Assembly (NCBI GenBank): GCA_045606425.1 | Contig: JAZURV010000004.1 | Coordinates: 46,353 to 110,352 of the forward strand | Source of the DNA: Candidatus Enterousia sp. | GTDB lineage: Bacteria; Pseudomonadota; Alphaproteobacteria; Rs-D84 | DNA length: 64,000 nucleotides | Reading direction: 5' to 3' | Shown: positions 1 to 8,712 of the stretch, in pieces | Layout of the letters: every line of letters begins with the position of its first letter | How positions within the stretch are numbered: position 1 is the first letter of the stretch | Notes under the pieces: generated by a model | What the model was told of the DNA's origin: nothing | Databases searched by the model: none | What the model saw: only the letters and a program-made list of their open reading frames with translations | Program-made: the position numbers and the translations under genes

Positions 1-493
1 ATCTGCCACCACATAATACTGGATACAAAATACCATTTTTTGTCGCATCGGACATCAATTTACGACAAAGATCCACTGCTTTTCCTTGCAGATCTGAAAA
101 TTCATTACTTGTCGCACTTACACCTGGTATAGACGTATATTGTTCCTTGTTTACTTTAATTATATTATTAGCAAAAGTTTCACATAACTCAGGACATTTT
201 TTACCGCTTTTACCACGACCGTTTCTTAAAAAATCAGATTTATTACATTGTGTTTTACATACACTTATTGCATCAATCACAGAAAACGTTTTGCGTTCCA
301 ATAAATCTCTTAGAATTCTATTTCTTGTAGTCACAACCTCATGGTACGTATTAATAGAACTAGAAAAACCAGCATTGTTTAAAGCTGTTTCAATAATTTT
401 TGAATTCCATTGCAATTGTGTAGTTTCGGTTATAAACCCTGCAAACACTGGCACCGCCATAAAACAGGATAAAATTAAAAATATTTTTTTCAT
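1..493 (-). CDS. secreted hypothetical protein, truncated by the window edge (cargo gene of A-family module 1)
   Basis: Own minus-strand translation from the ATG at 493-491 gives MKKIFLILSCFMAVPVFAGF..., a Sec-type signal peptide. The frame stays open to position 1. The start overlaps the stop of the upstream gene (TAATG). It is absent from the ORF track because it runs off the window. Confidence 0.55.
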   Translation of the reverse strand, partial: MKKIFLILSCFMAVPVFAGFITETTQLQWNSKIIETALNNAGFSSSINTYHEVVTTRNRILRDLLERKTFSVIDAISVCKTQCNKSDFLRNGRGKSGKKCPELCETFANNIIKVNKEQYTSIPGVSATSNEFSDLQGKAVDLCRKLMSDATKNGILYPVLCGGR

Positions 494-1476
494 TATCTAA
501 GTGCCTCCTCACATGCTTCTGCGACTTTGACAACCTTCTTGATTGCAGATATTTGTGTCGCATTAAATATTGTTGCTGTTGCAGATGTCGCAGTTGATGC
601 ACCCGCCATAACATTTGCGGTTGCATTTAAATTTTTTTCTTTCTGTTCATCACCTTTACGTGTTTTATCTGTATTAGCAAGGCTACTTGTTATTGTTCCA
701 ACAACACCTGTTCCGATACCTATACCAGAAGCAATTGTAGCCCCATTTGCACGTTTATTTATTGGTTTTATATCAATATATTCATAATCACGACATGCAC
801 TTATGATTTCATCTGCCTTTGCTAAATCATAATCCGTTGCGGTATTTTCTACCTTTGCAGCCAGTTTAACATTTGATAAATTTTTTATTGCAACAATACA
901 TCTATTTATCTTGTTTTCTAAATCATCATCGACTTTATTAGAGGCTGCTATCGCTGTTCCTGCAATATTAGTGACAGTTGATGTCGCCAAAGTCCCTGTT
1001 CTGATATTACCAAGTGTTTTTGATTTTTGTTCTAATTCATTGATTTTTTTAACATCTGCAGAAATAACCGAATCGGCACTGTATGCCGCACTGTGTATAG
1101 CAGAATAAAATTCCTGTTCATTTGCAATTTCTAACTGTTGAACAGGCACATTAGATTTCTCTGCAATCAATTTCACAACTTTTGCTTCCAAATCCTGTTG
1201 TTCTTTATCTACACTTGCCTTCGCAATACCTGTCCCCAGTGCAACACCACCGGCAACGGTACCAACGGCTGTTACTGCGGTATTTATTCCCGCCATTTTT
1301 TTCAAATCAGCCATACTATCACTTATACCAGCACATGCTGTTCTGGCATTTTGAACGGCAAAATTTAAATCATTGGATTCTGCATAAGCACAAAAGTTAA
1401 ATGTTAATAAAAACAGGCACGGCAAAACTACCCGTGTGTGTGTGTGTGTGTGTGTGTAGGTTTCTGCGGTTTTCAC
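493..1476 (-). CDS. A-family secreted/membrane-associated protein, paralog 1 (Gly/Ala/Thr-rich hydrophobic segments, 4 conserved Cys)
   Basis: Paralogous to 7561..8556 and 31955..32905 (shared AGINTAVTAVGTVAGG, GN.RTG.LA, VGTITSS.AN.DK, NATQI.AIKKV.KV motifs). Start re-assigned to the in-frame GTG at 1476, preceded by RBS AAGGAAG. The ORF-track start at 1542 lies upstream of a sigma70 promoter. Confidence 0.7.
   Translation of the reverse strand: MKTAETYTHTHTHTRVVLPCLFLLTFNFCAYAESNDLNFAVQNARTACAGISDSMADLKKMAGINTAVTAVGTVAGGVALGTGIAKASVDKEQQDLEAKVVKLIAEKSNVPVQQLEIANEQEFYSAIHSAAYSADSVISADVKKINELEQKSKTLGNIRTGTLATSTVTNIAGTAIAASNKVDDDLENKINRCIVAIKNLSNVKLAAKVENTATDYDLAKADEIISACRDYEYIDIKPINKRANGATIASGIGIGTGVVGTITSSLANTDKTRKGDEQKEKNLNATANVMAGASTATSATATIFNATQISAIKKVVKVAEACEEALR
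1434..1457. repeat. (GT)12 dinucleotide simple-sequence repeat inside the signal-peptide coding region
   Basis: Counted directly: 24 nt of uninterrupted GT. It encodes (Thr-His)n between the start codon and the hydrophobic core of the signal peptide. Confidence 0.95.
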
Positions 1477-1503
1477 GGCTTTTCTTCCTTTCTTTACCGT
1501 TCC

Positions 1504-1532
1504 ATTATACCATAATTTAAAAATATTTGCAA
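1504..1532 (-). promoter_or_regulatory. sigma70-type promoter for A-family paralog 1
   Basis: Minus strand reads TTGCAA, a 17-nt spacer, then TATAAT with extended -10 TG (TGGTATAAT). It lies about 25 nt upstream of the RBS and GTG. Confidence 0.5.
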
Positions 1533-1564
1533 AAAAAAACACCGGCGATTACCGGTGTTTTTTC
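1531..1564 (-). terminator. intrinsic terminator downstream of dnaA (bidirectional shape)
   Basis: A-run, hairpin CACCGG-cgatt-ACCGGTG, then T-run. Confidence 0.6.
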
Positions 1565-1595
1565 TCCCTTCTTTTGTCCTTGCGAACAAAACTGT

Positions 1596-2873
1596 TTATT
1601 TGCAGATTTTTACCATGTCTTCAATTTCTGCATTTAATATCAAATCTGTGGCCTTTTGTTTTTCAATTTGGGTCAACGCATAAACAACTGTTGCATGGTC
1701 ACGTCCACCACAAATATTTCCAATTTCTGACAAAGATAAATTTGTAGATGCCTTTAACGCAGCCATCATAACCTGACGCGCACGAACCAAACGGCGGGCG
1801 CGCGAATTTCCGCAAATTTCATCAAACGAAACCGCCATCTTTTCGCACATCTTTTTAACCATCGCCAACGGTGTTTTTGTTTTATTCAATACATCAGACA
1901 ATAATTTTGACGCAACTTCCATATTGACGCGTTCACCCATCAATTCGCTGTATGTTTTTATTTTGTTGATAACACCATTTACCATATGACCGTCTGCTGC
2001 AATTTGTTTTGAAATTTCATCTGCAACAACAGAATCAACCCCGGCGCGCAACAACATATTGCGACGAACAAACGCATTTGGCCCCATGACATCAACCGCC
2101 AAACCAGACGCGAACAAAGATTGAATGCGTCTGTCAAAACCGTTCAACGCATTTGGCGCACAATTCGCAGTTAAAACAATACTTTTACCGGCAGTATGTA
2201 AATCCATCAACAACTGTAGAAATTCTTCACTGGTTGCGCGTTTCCCAGCCAGCGCACAAATATCGTCCATCACAAACATATCGCAATTGCGACAAAAATC
2301 TTTGAATGCGAATATAGTTCTGTCACGCAACGCACGCGCAAAATCTGCAACAAATTGCCCACCAGACATTCTGACCACGTTTTTATTTGTGGAATTACAA
2401 ATGCAATCCAACAACATAGTTTTTCCACAACCACTGGCGCCATATATAAACAATTGCGAAAAAGATGCGTCCGCCCCTGCAACCTTTTTACAGGCCGCAA
2501 CTGCAAACATATTTTCATCACATGTAATAAATTTATCGAAACCGTTTTTATTTTGTATTGTTTTTGTCGCAGGTTTATATTCGCAAACAACATTATCATT
2601 CGCGGTTGATGCAACATTATTATTTGCGCGCACAGAAATATTCAAATCCAAACAAAAATCCGCCGCTATATTTGCCAGGGTGTTTCCGTATTCCCTTTTG
2701 ACATAGTCGGCGGTGAATTGGTTTTGCGCAATCAGGTTCAAACAGTTTTCACATATATCTGCCTGCAACGGTGCAATCCATGCTGTAAATCCGGCAGAAT
2801 CTATTTTGGCCGCAAACGCCCCCATAACCGATTCCACATTTACATTTTTGTTCATCGCTACTGCTTGTTGCAT
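1596..2873 (-). CDS. dnaA: chromosomal replication initiator DnaA (short form, 425 aa)
   Basis: Walker A GASGCGKT, Walker B FVMDD, and C-terminal DNA-binding segment GGRDHATVVYA. Confidence 0.95.
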   Translation of the reverse strand: MQQAVAMNKNVNVESVMGAFAAKIDSAGFTAWIAPLQADICENCLNLIAQNQFTADYVKREYGNTLANIAADFCLDLNISVRANNNVASTANDNVVCEYKPATKTIQNKNGFDKFITCDENMFAVAACKKVAGADASFSQLFIYGASGCGKTMLLDCICNSTNKNVVRMSGGQFVADFARALRDRTIFAFKDFCRNCDMFVMDDICALAGKRATSEEFLQLLMDLHTAGKSIVLTANCAPNALNGFDRRIQSLFASGLAVDVMGPNAFVRRNMLLRAGVDSVVADEISKQIAADGHMVNGVINKIKTYSELMGERVNMEVASKLLSDVLNKTKTPLAMVKKMCEKMAVSFDEICGNSRARRLVRARQVMMAALKASTNLSLSEIGNICGGRDHATVVYALTQIEKQKATDLILNAEIEDMVKICK

Positions 2874-3151
2874 ACTGTTTGCTCCTTTCCTTTGTTAAAA
2901 AGAGTTGGCAATCATATTTATGGTTATAAAACCACCCCGCACATAAACGCCTTATATGCCACCATTCTCTTTTTTCTCTCGCTTTGTTGATTGACTTTCA
3001 GCAATCGTTTTTGATGTTAAACAATTTATAAAATTTATTTCTGTTTGCAATCAAATGTTAAACAATTTTTCAACATTTCTGTTTTGACAACGATTCGTTT
3101 TTTTATTGGTTTTTCGCACTTTGTATATACACTGTATAGACATTTTTTTAC

Positions 3152-4189
3152 TCAGTTTAAAACATATCCACCGTCTTGTTTTCTTATCAAACCTTGTAAT
3201 TCCAGAACTACTAATTCAGACTTGATTTCCGAAACACTTTTTTTGACAAGATTTGCCAATACAGATTCTGACACAGGAATCATTCCTATTTTATCCAAAA
3301 GGTCATTTTCATTATTTTTATTTTTTTTACTTTTTTCTTCTGTTATATCACCAAAGAAATCTTTTACAGATGTGCACATTGTTGCCACGCCTTTCTTTAT
3401 CAGCGAATTCGGCCCTGCACTGCGCGCGTCACTGGGGTGTCCAGGCACAGCAAACAGCCTTTTTCCATAATCTATTGCGAATCGGGCGGTGGTCATACTG
3501 CCAGATTTTTCATCTGCTTCGCCAACAATTAAAACATCAGACAACGCCGCAACCCAATGATTTCTTTGTACAAAATTCGATGCTGTTGGCATCATACCAA
3601 CGGGCATTTCACTTATCACCACACCGCGTTCCAGTATTTCATAATACAGCGATTCGTTTTCCAATGGCCATATATAATCGACACCGCCCGCCAACACTGC
3701 GATTGTCTGGGCGTTTCCGTTCGCACGCAACGCCCCACTGTGTGCCGCAGTATCACACCCCATCGCCATACCAGACGCAACTGCGAACCCATGTTCTGCA
3801 AACGCACACGCAATATCAGAAACGAAATTCATACCCGCCACCGTCGAATGCCGTGTCCCAACAACAGAAACTGATTTTTTTCCCAATGTTGATATGTTCC
3901 CACGTGCAGTTATAACAATCGGGTGATTTTTTACATTTAACAAACCAACCGGATATCGCGAATCGGTATCGGCTATGTATTCAATGCCCAAATCATAGGC
4001 GGTGTCCATTTCGCGTCTGACAGAATCTATAAAATCCTGTGATGGTGCCAAATGCGCCAATATATTTTCATCGTTCCCATATTTATCGACCAGTTCTTTA
4101 TACTTTGCCGGCCCTATTTTTGGGGTTCTTAAAATCAAAAGTTTATTTAACATATCCATCATAATAAAAAAGATTGTAGATGAAACCAC
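3152..4189 (-). CDS. dprA: DNA-processing protein DprA/Smf
   Basis: SGMA.GCDTAAH and VVGTRH motifs with a C-terminal winged-helix-like tail. The true start is probably one of the internal Met codons near 4153-4159. Confidence 0.9.
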   Translation of the reverse strand: MVSSTIFFIMMDMLNKLLILRTPKIGPAKYKELVDKYGNDENILAHLAPSQDFIDSVRREMDTAYDLGIEYIADTDSRYPVGLLNVKNHPIVITARGNISTLGKKSVSVVGTRHSTVAGMNFVSDIACAFAEHGFAVASGMAMGCDTAAHSGALRANGNAQTIAVLAGGVDYIWPLENESLYYEILERGVVISEMPVGMMPTASNFVQRNHWVAALSDVLIVGEADEKSGSMTTARFAIDYGKRLFAVPGHPSDARSAGPNSLIKKGVATMCTSVKDFFGDITEEKSKKNKNNENDLLDKIGMIPVSESVLANLVKKSVSEIKSELVVLELQGLIRKQDGGYVLN

Positions 4190-4222
4190 AATCTTTTTTA
4201 AGTAAAAAGTTGTTATATTTTA

Positions 4223-5026
4223 TTATTCACCAATACTGGACAAAAGCGATTTATAATCTTTACAATCTTGACCAGATGTTGTCCCGGCATCACATGCATC
4301 TCTCATCGTTTTCAAAGCATCTACGATTTGGTTATATCGCGAATCGCCTTTTTCTTTATATGTCAGCAACACAGACCGATAAAGTTCCTGACCTTCCAGA
4401 TTCTTTTGTCCCTGAACTTTGCCACCAATCAGATCATTTCCAAACCACTCCATCGCGCCAACACCCAATCCTGCGCCACCGACTGTACTGGCCACTATAC
4501 CACCAATACGGGCACCTTTTTTGGCGTCCAAAATGCGTTTTTCCATTTCATTTTCATCGACCCATGACCCACATTCGATTGCTTCGCCCCATGTAAAATA
4601 TTTCGCAGGCACATCAGATACTGCGACACGCGATTCGTTATCAGATTTCAGTTCTACACGAACGAAACAAACATTGTTTTCTGGGTTTTTCGTATCTTCG
4701 ACCATGTTGGCATAATTGGAAGTATCACTGTAACGTGACGCCCAAACAAAGGTATTACCAATACCAATATTATTGTTTATGCATGCATCACGTTCGGCGG
4801 TCCGCATATCTATTTTTTCTTCGACAGTTGTCAATTCTTCGTCTTTGGTTTTTTCTTCGACCTTTATCGTGCCATTTGCAACCCCAACAGCATTCAACTG
4901 GTTTACGGACGCAGTATAACGTGGCGCAGACATAATCTTGTTCGACATTGCCGGACGCGCACTCTGTGCAGCAAACGCATCAACGATAAACAAAGAAAAT
5001 ATTGCCAAAGCAAAAATATGTTTCAT
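4223..5026 (-). CDS. secreted hypothetical protein with C-terminal glycine-zipper segment
   Basis: Internal ATG at 5026 gives signal peptide MKHIFALAIFSLFIVDAFA. C-terminal segment reads GARIGGIVASTVGGAGLGVGA. Confidence 0.55.
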   Translation of the reverse strand: MKHIFALAIFSLFIVDAFAAQSARPAMSNKIMSAPRYTASVNQLNAVGVANGTIKVEEKTKDEELTTVEEKIDMRTAERDACINNNIGIGNTFVWASRYSDTSNYANMVEDTKNPENNVCFVRVELKSDNESRVAVSDVPAKYFTWGEAIECGSWVDENEMEKRILDAKKGARIGGIVASTVGGAGLGVGAMEWFGNDLIGGKVQGQKNLEGQELYRSVLLTYKEKGDSRYNQIVDALKTMRDACDAGTTSGQDCKDYKSLLSSIGE

Positions 5027-5093
5027 AATAAATCCCTCTTTATGCCCCACATTATACCACAAAATCGACTAAAATACAAACAGAATCTCTGTA

Positions 5094-5702
5094 TTATTTT
5101 TTCCATTTCCATTTGACGGTCGATTCTTCGCCACGACACAGCCGTTTGATATTTTCGCGATGCCGCATCAAACACAATATCGCAATGGCCACAAATGCCC
5201 AACCTGTTCCGATACTGACCAAAAAACCAAAAAACGGCATTAAACAGAACACCACAATCGCCCCGGCCGACGAATACCCCGTTCCCAGCGCAACAATCAA
5301 CCATTCGATTCCTTCAATTACAAACAAAATCGGATTTATGGCCAACAAAACGCCGAACAGGGACGAAATGCCCTTGCCCCCACGAAATTTCAACCAAATC
5401 GGGAAACAATGCCCAACAATCGCGATAAAACCGCACCACGCACCAAAAGAAATCCCCCCGACATAACGACCGATAAACACAGCGATTATCGCCTTTGTCA
5501 TATCCAGAATCCATGTCAATCCTGCCAATCGCAATCCCCCGACACGCATAACATTTGTGGCGCCGATATTGCCAGAGCCAACCTTGCGAATATCGCCTTT
5601 GTTAAAAACCTTGGCCACCAGTAAACCGAACGGAATCGACCCCAACAGATAAGATATTACTATGGCAAAAGAAATCATTATTATTGAAAAAATGTGCAAC
5701 AT
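5094..5702 (-). CDS. plsY: glycerol-3-phosphate acyltransferase PlsY
   Basis: GSIPFG and GSGNIGATNV motifs; polytopic membrane protein. Confidence 0.95.
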   Translation of the reverse strand: MLHIFSIIMISFAIVISYLLGSIPFGLLVAKVFNKGDIRKVGSGNIGATNVMRVGGLRLAGLTWILDMTKAIIAVFIGRYVGGISFGAWCGFIAIVGHCFPIWLKFRGGKGISSLFGVLLAINPILFVIEGIEWLIVALGTGYSSAGAIVVFCLMPFFGFLVSIGTGWAFVAIAILCLMRHRENIKRLCRGEESTVKWKWKK

Positions 5703-5776
5703 TGTTATTTTCCCTTGATTTTGTGTTTGTTTTCTTTAAAATAGCATAAAACCATATAAAATAAAAGGAAAATAAA

Positions 5777-6037
5777 GTGGCAAACCATAAATCATGTAAA
5801 AAAAGAATTCTGGTAACAGAAAAAAAGAATGCAATCAACACTGCCCGTCGCAGTGCTGTTAAAACAGAAACCAAAAAGGCATTGAAAGCAATTGAATCTG
5901 GCGATAAAGCCGCCGCAGTTGCTGCAACACGTGCCGCAGAAAGCAAAATCATGAAGGCAGCAGGCAAAACAATGCCAAAGAAAACTGCATCGCGCAAGGT
6001 TTCTCGTCTGGCAAAGAAAGTTGCCAAAATTGCATAA
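5777..6037 (+). CDS. rpsT: 30S ribosomal protein S20
   Basis: MANHKSCKKR... basic 86-aa protein. Confidence 0.95.
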   Translation: MANHKSCKKRILVTEKKNAINTARRSAVKTETKKALKAIESGDKAAAVAATRAAESKIMKAAGKTMPKKTASRKVSRLAKKVAKIA

Positions 6038-6076
6038 TTAGGTTTTCTAAAAAAACAAACCGCCCAATCGGGCGGT
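6019..6076. repeat. 58-nt direct repeat, copy 1 (last codons of rpsT plus its terminator)
   Basis: Identical 58-nt string is found again at 8650..8707. Confidence 0.9.
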
Positions 6077-6080
6077 TTTG
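6059..6080 (+). terminator. rpsT intrinsic terminator
   Basis: Hairpin ACCGCCC-aatc-GGGCGGT followed by TTTT. Confidence 0.7.
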
Positions 6081-6136
6081 ATATGCGTTTTTAGATTTTT
6101 CCAATTATTTTTTATTGTATTTCATTTGTCCACTTT

Positions 6137-7564
6137 TTAAATATAATCACAATTTGTTTCTTCTGTATCTTTATTTATCTCTTCTTTACATTTGCATGGC
6201 ATACACTGACTTTCTTCACAATCTGTACAAAGTTCAGAAACAGGGCCATAATCAACTATTACCTTTAACGACGAAAAATCTGTTTGAACCTCAAACCATT
6301 TTATAAAATTATCTATGTTTGATGTTAAATCTATGCATCCCGCAGAACCCGCATAACTTCCCCCATGGATATACATATCTGGTTTACGTCCAAACAAATC
6401 TGTATTTGTGTCTGGGCGCAAAGGAACACGAAACTTTCCCCACGCCCCTCCTTCTTTATCTGCAAGAAGAGAATTATTATTGAAATTACCAACTGTTATA
6501 TTATCCATATATTGAATTTCGTTTTGATAGATATAATATACACCACTTGGTGTTGGGCCAATATGTTCACATGCTTGATATTCAGGTAATTGGCACACAG
6601 TTGGCCTTGAATCCCTTGGTGATTTTCCACGACCAGACACAGCAGGCCAAGATTTTATAACATTACCTTTATAATATACATCGAATTTCTTACCGTCAAA
6701 TTTCGTATAATAATCATTTGACAGTGCTGGCTTATGTTCTTTATCGTAAGAAACGACACAAACGCCACCTTTTTTTACAGAACCATAACCCCATTTTGAT
6801 AACTTTTCATTTAACAAACCACAATCGTTATGTTGGCATTCAAAATCAAAACCATAACCATCATAAATATATTTTCTGACACTTCGATTATCTAAAACGC
6901 CTGCTATTGGTTTAGCAGCCACCGCTTCTGATTTCCCACCATAAATTAAACAAAGCCCACGACCAAAATCTCTTTGTGTATATTGATTTGCATTAGCATT
7001 AGATTCTTTTGCGTCATCAAACTTAAATTCGTAATAAATTGGTTTCAATTTCGATGTACATTTTATGTAATCGTCCTTAACCCCTTCGCGAATATCAGAC
7101 GAACAAACTATTTCATCATTATATTTTTCTCTGGCATACTCTTGTGCCAAATTTTTTGCCTGAGCAAATTGAACTTCTATATCATAAAACACAAATTCTA
7201 TGCAACGCTCATTGTCTTTACCGATTTTGCCCTTGTCTTTACCACAAACTTCATAATATGTATAATTATCATCAGCGGCGCTTACTAATGCGCGTCTGAA
7301 TTCTGCCCGTTTGGCTTTGTCTTTTGTTCTGTCCCATCCTGCGGCATCACATATCTTAGCTATCGATTCCGCACTAACCGTATTTTTTGGATTGTTATTG
7401 TTTAATTCCATATTATACACACTTATCACCTTTTCCCGAACGGTCTTGTCTGGAAAATATTGCCGTAATACACTTAATGCTACATTAGCTGGAATATGTA
7501 TATTCGCATACGAATTTATCGTCATCAAACACATCGAAATTGCACAGAATATTTTCTTTATCAT
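6137..7564 (-). CDS. secreted protein with C-terminal Tlde1/DUF2778-like L,D-transpeptidase-fold toxin domain
   Basis: Signal peptide MIKKIFCAISMCLMTINSYA from the ATG at 7564. C-terminal region: FDGKKF..WPAVSGRG..GPTPSGVYYI..FRVPLRP..GRKPDMYIHGGSYAGSAGCIDL (the H...S.GC catalytic motif of the YkuD-like fold). ATGA overlap with the upstream A-family gene. Confidence 0.7.
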   Translation of the reverse strand: MIKKIFCAISMCLMTINSYANIHIPANVALSVLRQYFPDKTVREKVISVYNMELNNNNPKNTVSAESIAKICDAAGWDRTKDKAKRAEFRRALVSAADDNYTYYEVCGKDKGKIGKDNERCIEFVFYDIEVQFAQAKNLAQEYAREKYNDEIVCSSDIREGVKDDYIKCTSKLKPIYYEFKFDDAKESNANANQYTQRDFGRGLCLIYGGKSEAVAAKPIAGVLDNRSVRKYIYDGYGFDFECQHNDCGLLNEKLSKWGYGSVKKGGVCVVSYDKEHKPALSNDYYTKFDGKKFDVYYKGNVIKSWPAVSGRGKSPRDSRPTVCQLPEYQACEHIGPTPSGVYYIYQNEIQYMDNITVGNFNNNSLLADKEGGAWGKFRVPLRPDTNTDLFGRKPDMYIHGGSYAGSAGCIDLTSNIDNFIKWFEVQTDFSSLKVIVDYGPVSELCTDCEESQCMPCKCKEEINKDTEETNCDYI

Positions 7565-8556
7565 TTCAATACCCCCGTACAACCTGATGATACTTTGGCA
7601 ACTTTCTTTATCGCTGCAATTTGCGTTGCATTAAACACTGTCGCCGCCGCAGACGCTGTCGTTGTGGCGCCCGCCATAACATTTGACGCAATATTTAAAT
7701 TTTTTTCTTTCTTTTTTCCTGAATCCGTATTGTCGTTTCTGACTTTATCACTGTTTGCGATGCTACTTGTTATCGTTCCAACACCACCCAATCCTGCACC
7801 AACAGATGACGATATCATCGCACCACGTCCACGTTTGTTTATTGGGCTGATATCTACATATTCATATTCACGACATGCTTTATATATTTCTTGCGCTTCA
7901 CTGACATCTGTGCCAGCCAATTTGGCGGATAATATCGCATTATTTAAATCTTTGGTCGCAGATATACATGCATCAACCTGACCCTGAATATCGTCTTTGT
8001 TGATTGTGCGACTGGCGATAATCGCACCCGCAACATTAGTCGCTGTATTTCCCGCCAATAATCCTGTGCGCCAATTACCCTGTCTTTTCGATTTCTTATC
8101 CAACTCTTTTATTTCTTCTGTTATATCCTTTGCATGCGCAGTTTCATACTCATCGCATTCTTTCAAAAATGCGACTTTGTCTTCTGCTGTTGCTTCTGGT
8201 CCTTCGTATTCATTAGACAACCTTTCCAATTCTTGTTCCAATTCTTCAATTTTGCTGTCTGTGTTTGCTTTTGCAATCCCTGTTGCTGTTGCGCCAATAC
8301 CCAATCCGGTTCCAACCGCTGTCACCGCAGTATTTATTCCCGCCAAAACCTTTATATCATGTAAATTTTCATCTATATCAACACATGCGCGATATGTGTT
8401 TTGTAATGCAGTGTTTAAATCTAAAACTTCGGCAAAAGATGTGAACGGAATTAAAACCGTTACGAAAAACACCGTTGTTGTCCAATAAAAAACAACCACG
8501 CATCTATACGTACAAAGTCCCAAAGTTTTTACAATTTTTATCCCCTTCTTCACCAC
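7561..8556 (-). CDS. A-family secreted/membrane-associated protein, paralog 2
   Basis: Paralog of 493..1476 and 31955..32905. Exact start uncertain (GTG at 8556 or downstream). Confidence 0.7.
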   Translation of the reverse strand: MVKKGIKIVKTLGLCTYRCVVVFYWTTTVFFVTVLIPFTSFAEVLDLNTALQNTYRACVDIDENLHDIKVLAGINTAVTAVGTGLGIGATATGIAKANTDSKIEELEQELERLSNEYEGPEATAEDKVAFLKECDEYETAHAKDITEEIKELDKKSKRQGNWRTGLLAGNTATNVAGAIIASRTINKDDIQGQVDACISATKDLNNAILSAKLAGTDVSEAQEIYKACREYEYVDISPINKRGRGAMISSSVGAGLGGVGTITSSIANSDKVRNDNTDSGKKKEKNLNIASNVMAGATTTASAAATVFNATQIAAIKKVAKVSSGCTGVLK

Positions 8557-8622
8557 GATATTGTATCACATTTATGGGAATTATACAATAAAAACACAGA
8601 TGAATAATTATTCCAAATCATA

Positions 8623-8654
8623 AAATTAAATAGAATTGTTTAGATGCGAAGTTG
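8623..8654. repeat. 32-nt direct repeat, copy 1
   Basis: aaattaaatagaattgtttagatgcgaagttg is repeated at 10268..10299. Its last 5 nt overlap the start of the 58-nt rpsT-end repeat copy. Confidence 0.9.
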
Positions 8655-8707
8655 CCAAAATTGCATAATTAGGTTTTCTAAAAAAACAAACCGCCCAATC
8701 GGGCGGT
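8650..8707. repeat. 58-nt direct repeat, copy 2 (rpsT 3' end plus terminator, no rpsT body)
   Basis: Identical to 6019..6076. The hairpin here serves as terminator for 8713..9195. Confidence 0.9.
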
Positions 8708-8712
8708 GTTTT

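Noticed and set aside
1477-1542. N-terminal extension of ORF 493..1542 (MFFFANIFKLWYNGTVKKGRKA)
   Set aside because: The extension contains a near-consensus promoter (TTGCAA, 17-nt spacer, TGGTATAAT) and an RBS for the in-frame GTG at 1476. Both paralogs start close to their signal peptides.
2874-3151. oriC next to dnaA
   Set aside because: No clear cluster of DnaA boxes (TTATCCACA-like) or AT-rich 13-mers could be identified by eye. Only a 14-nt direct repeat was found, and it is reported separately at low interest.
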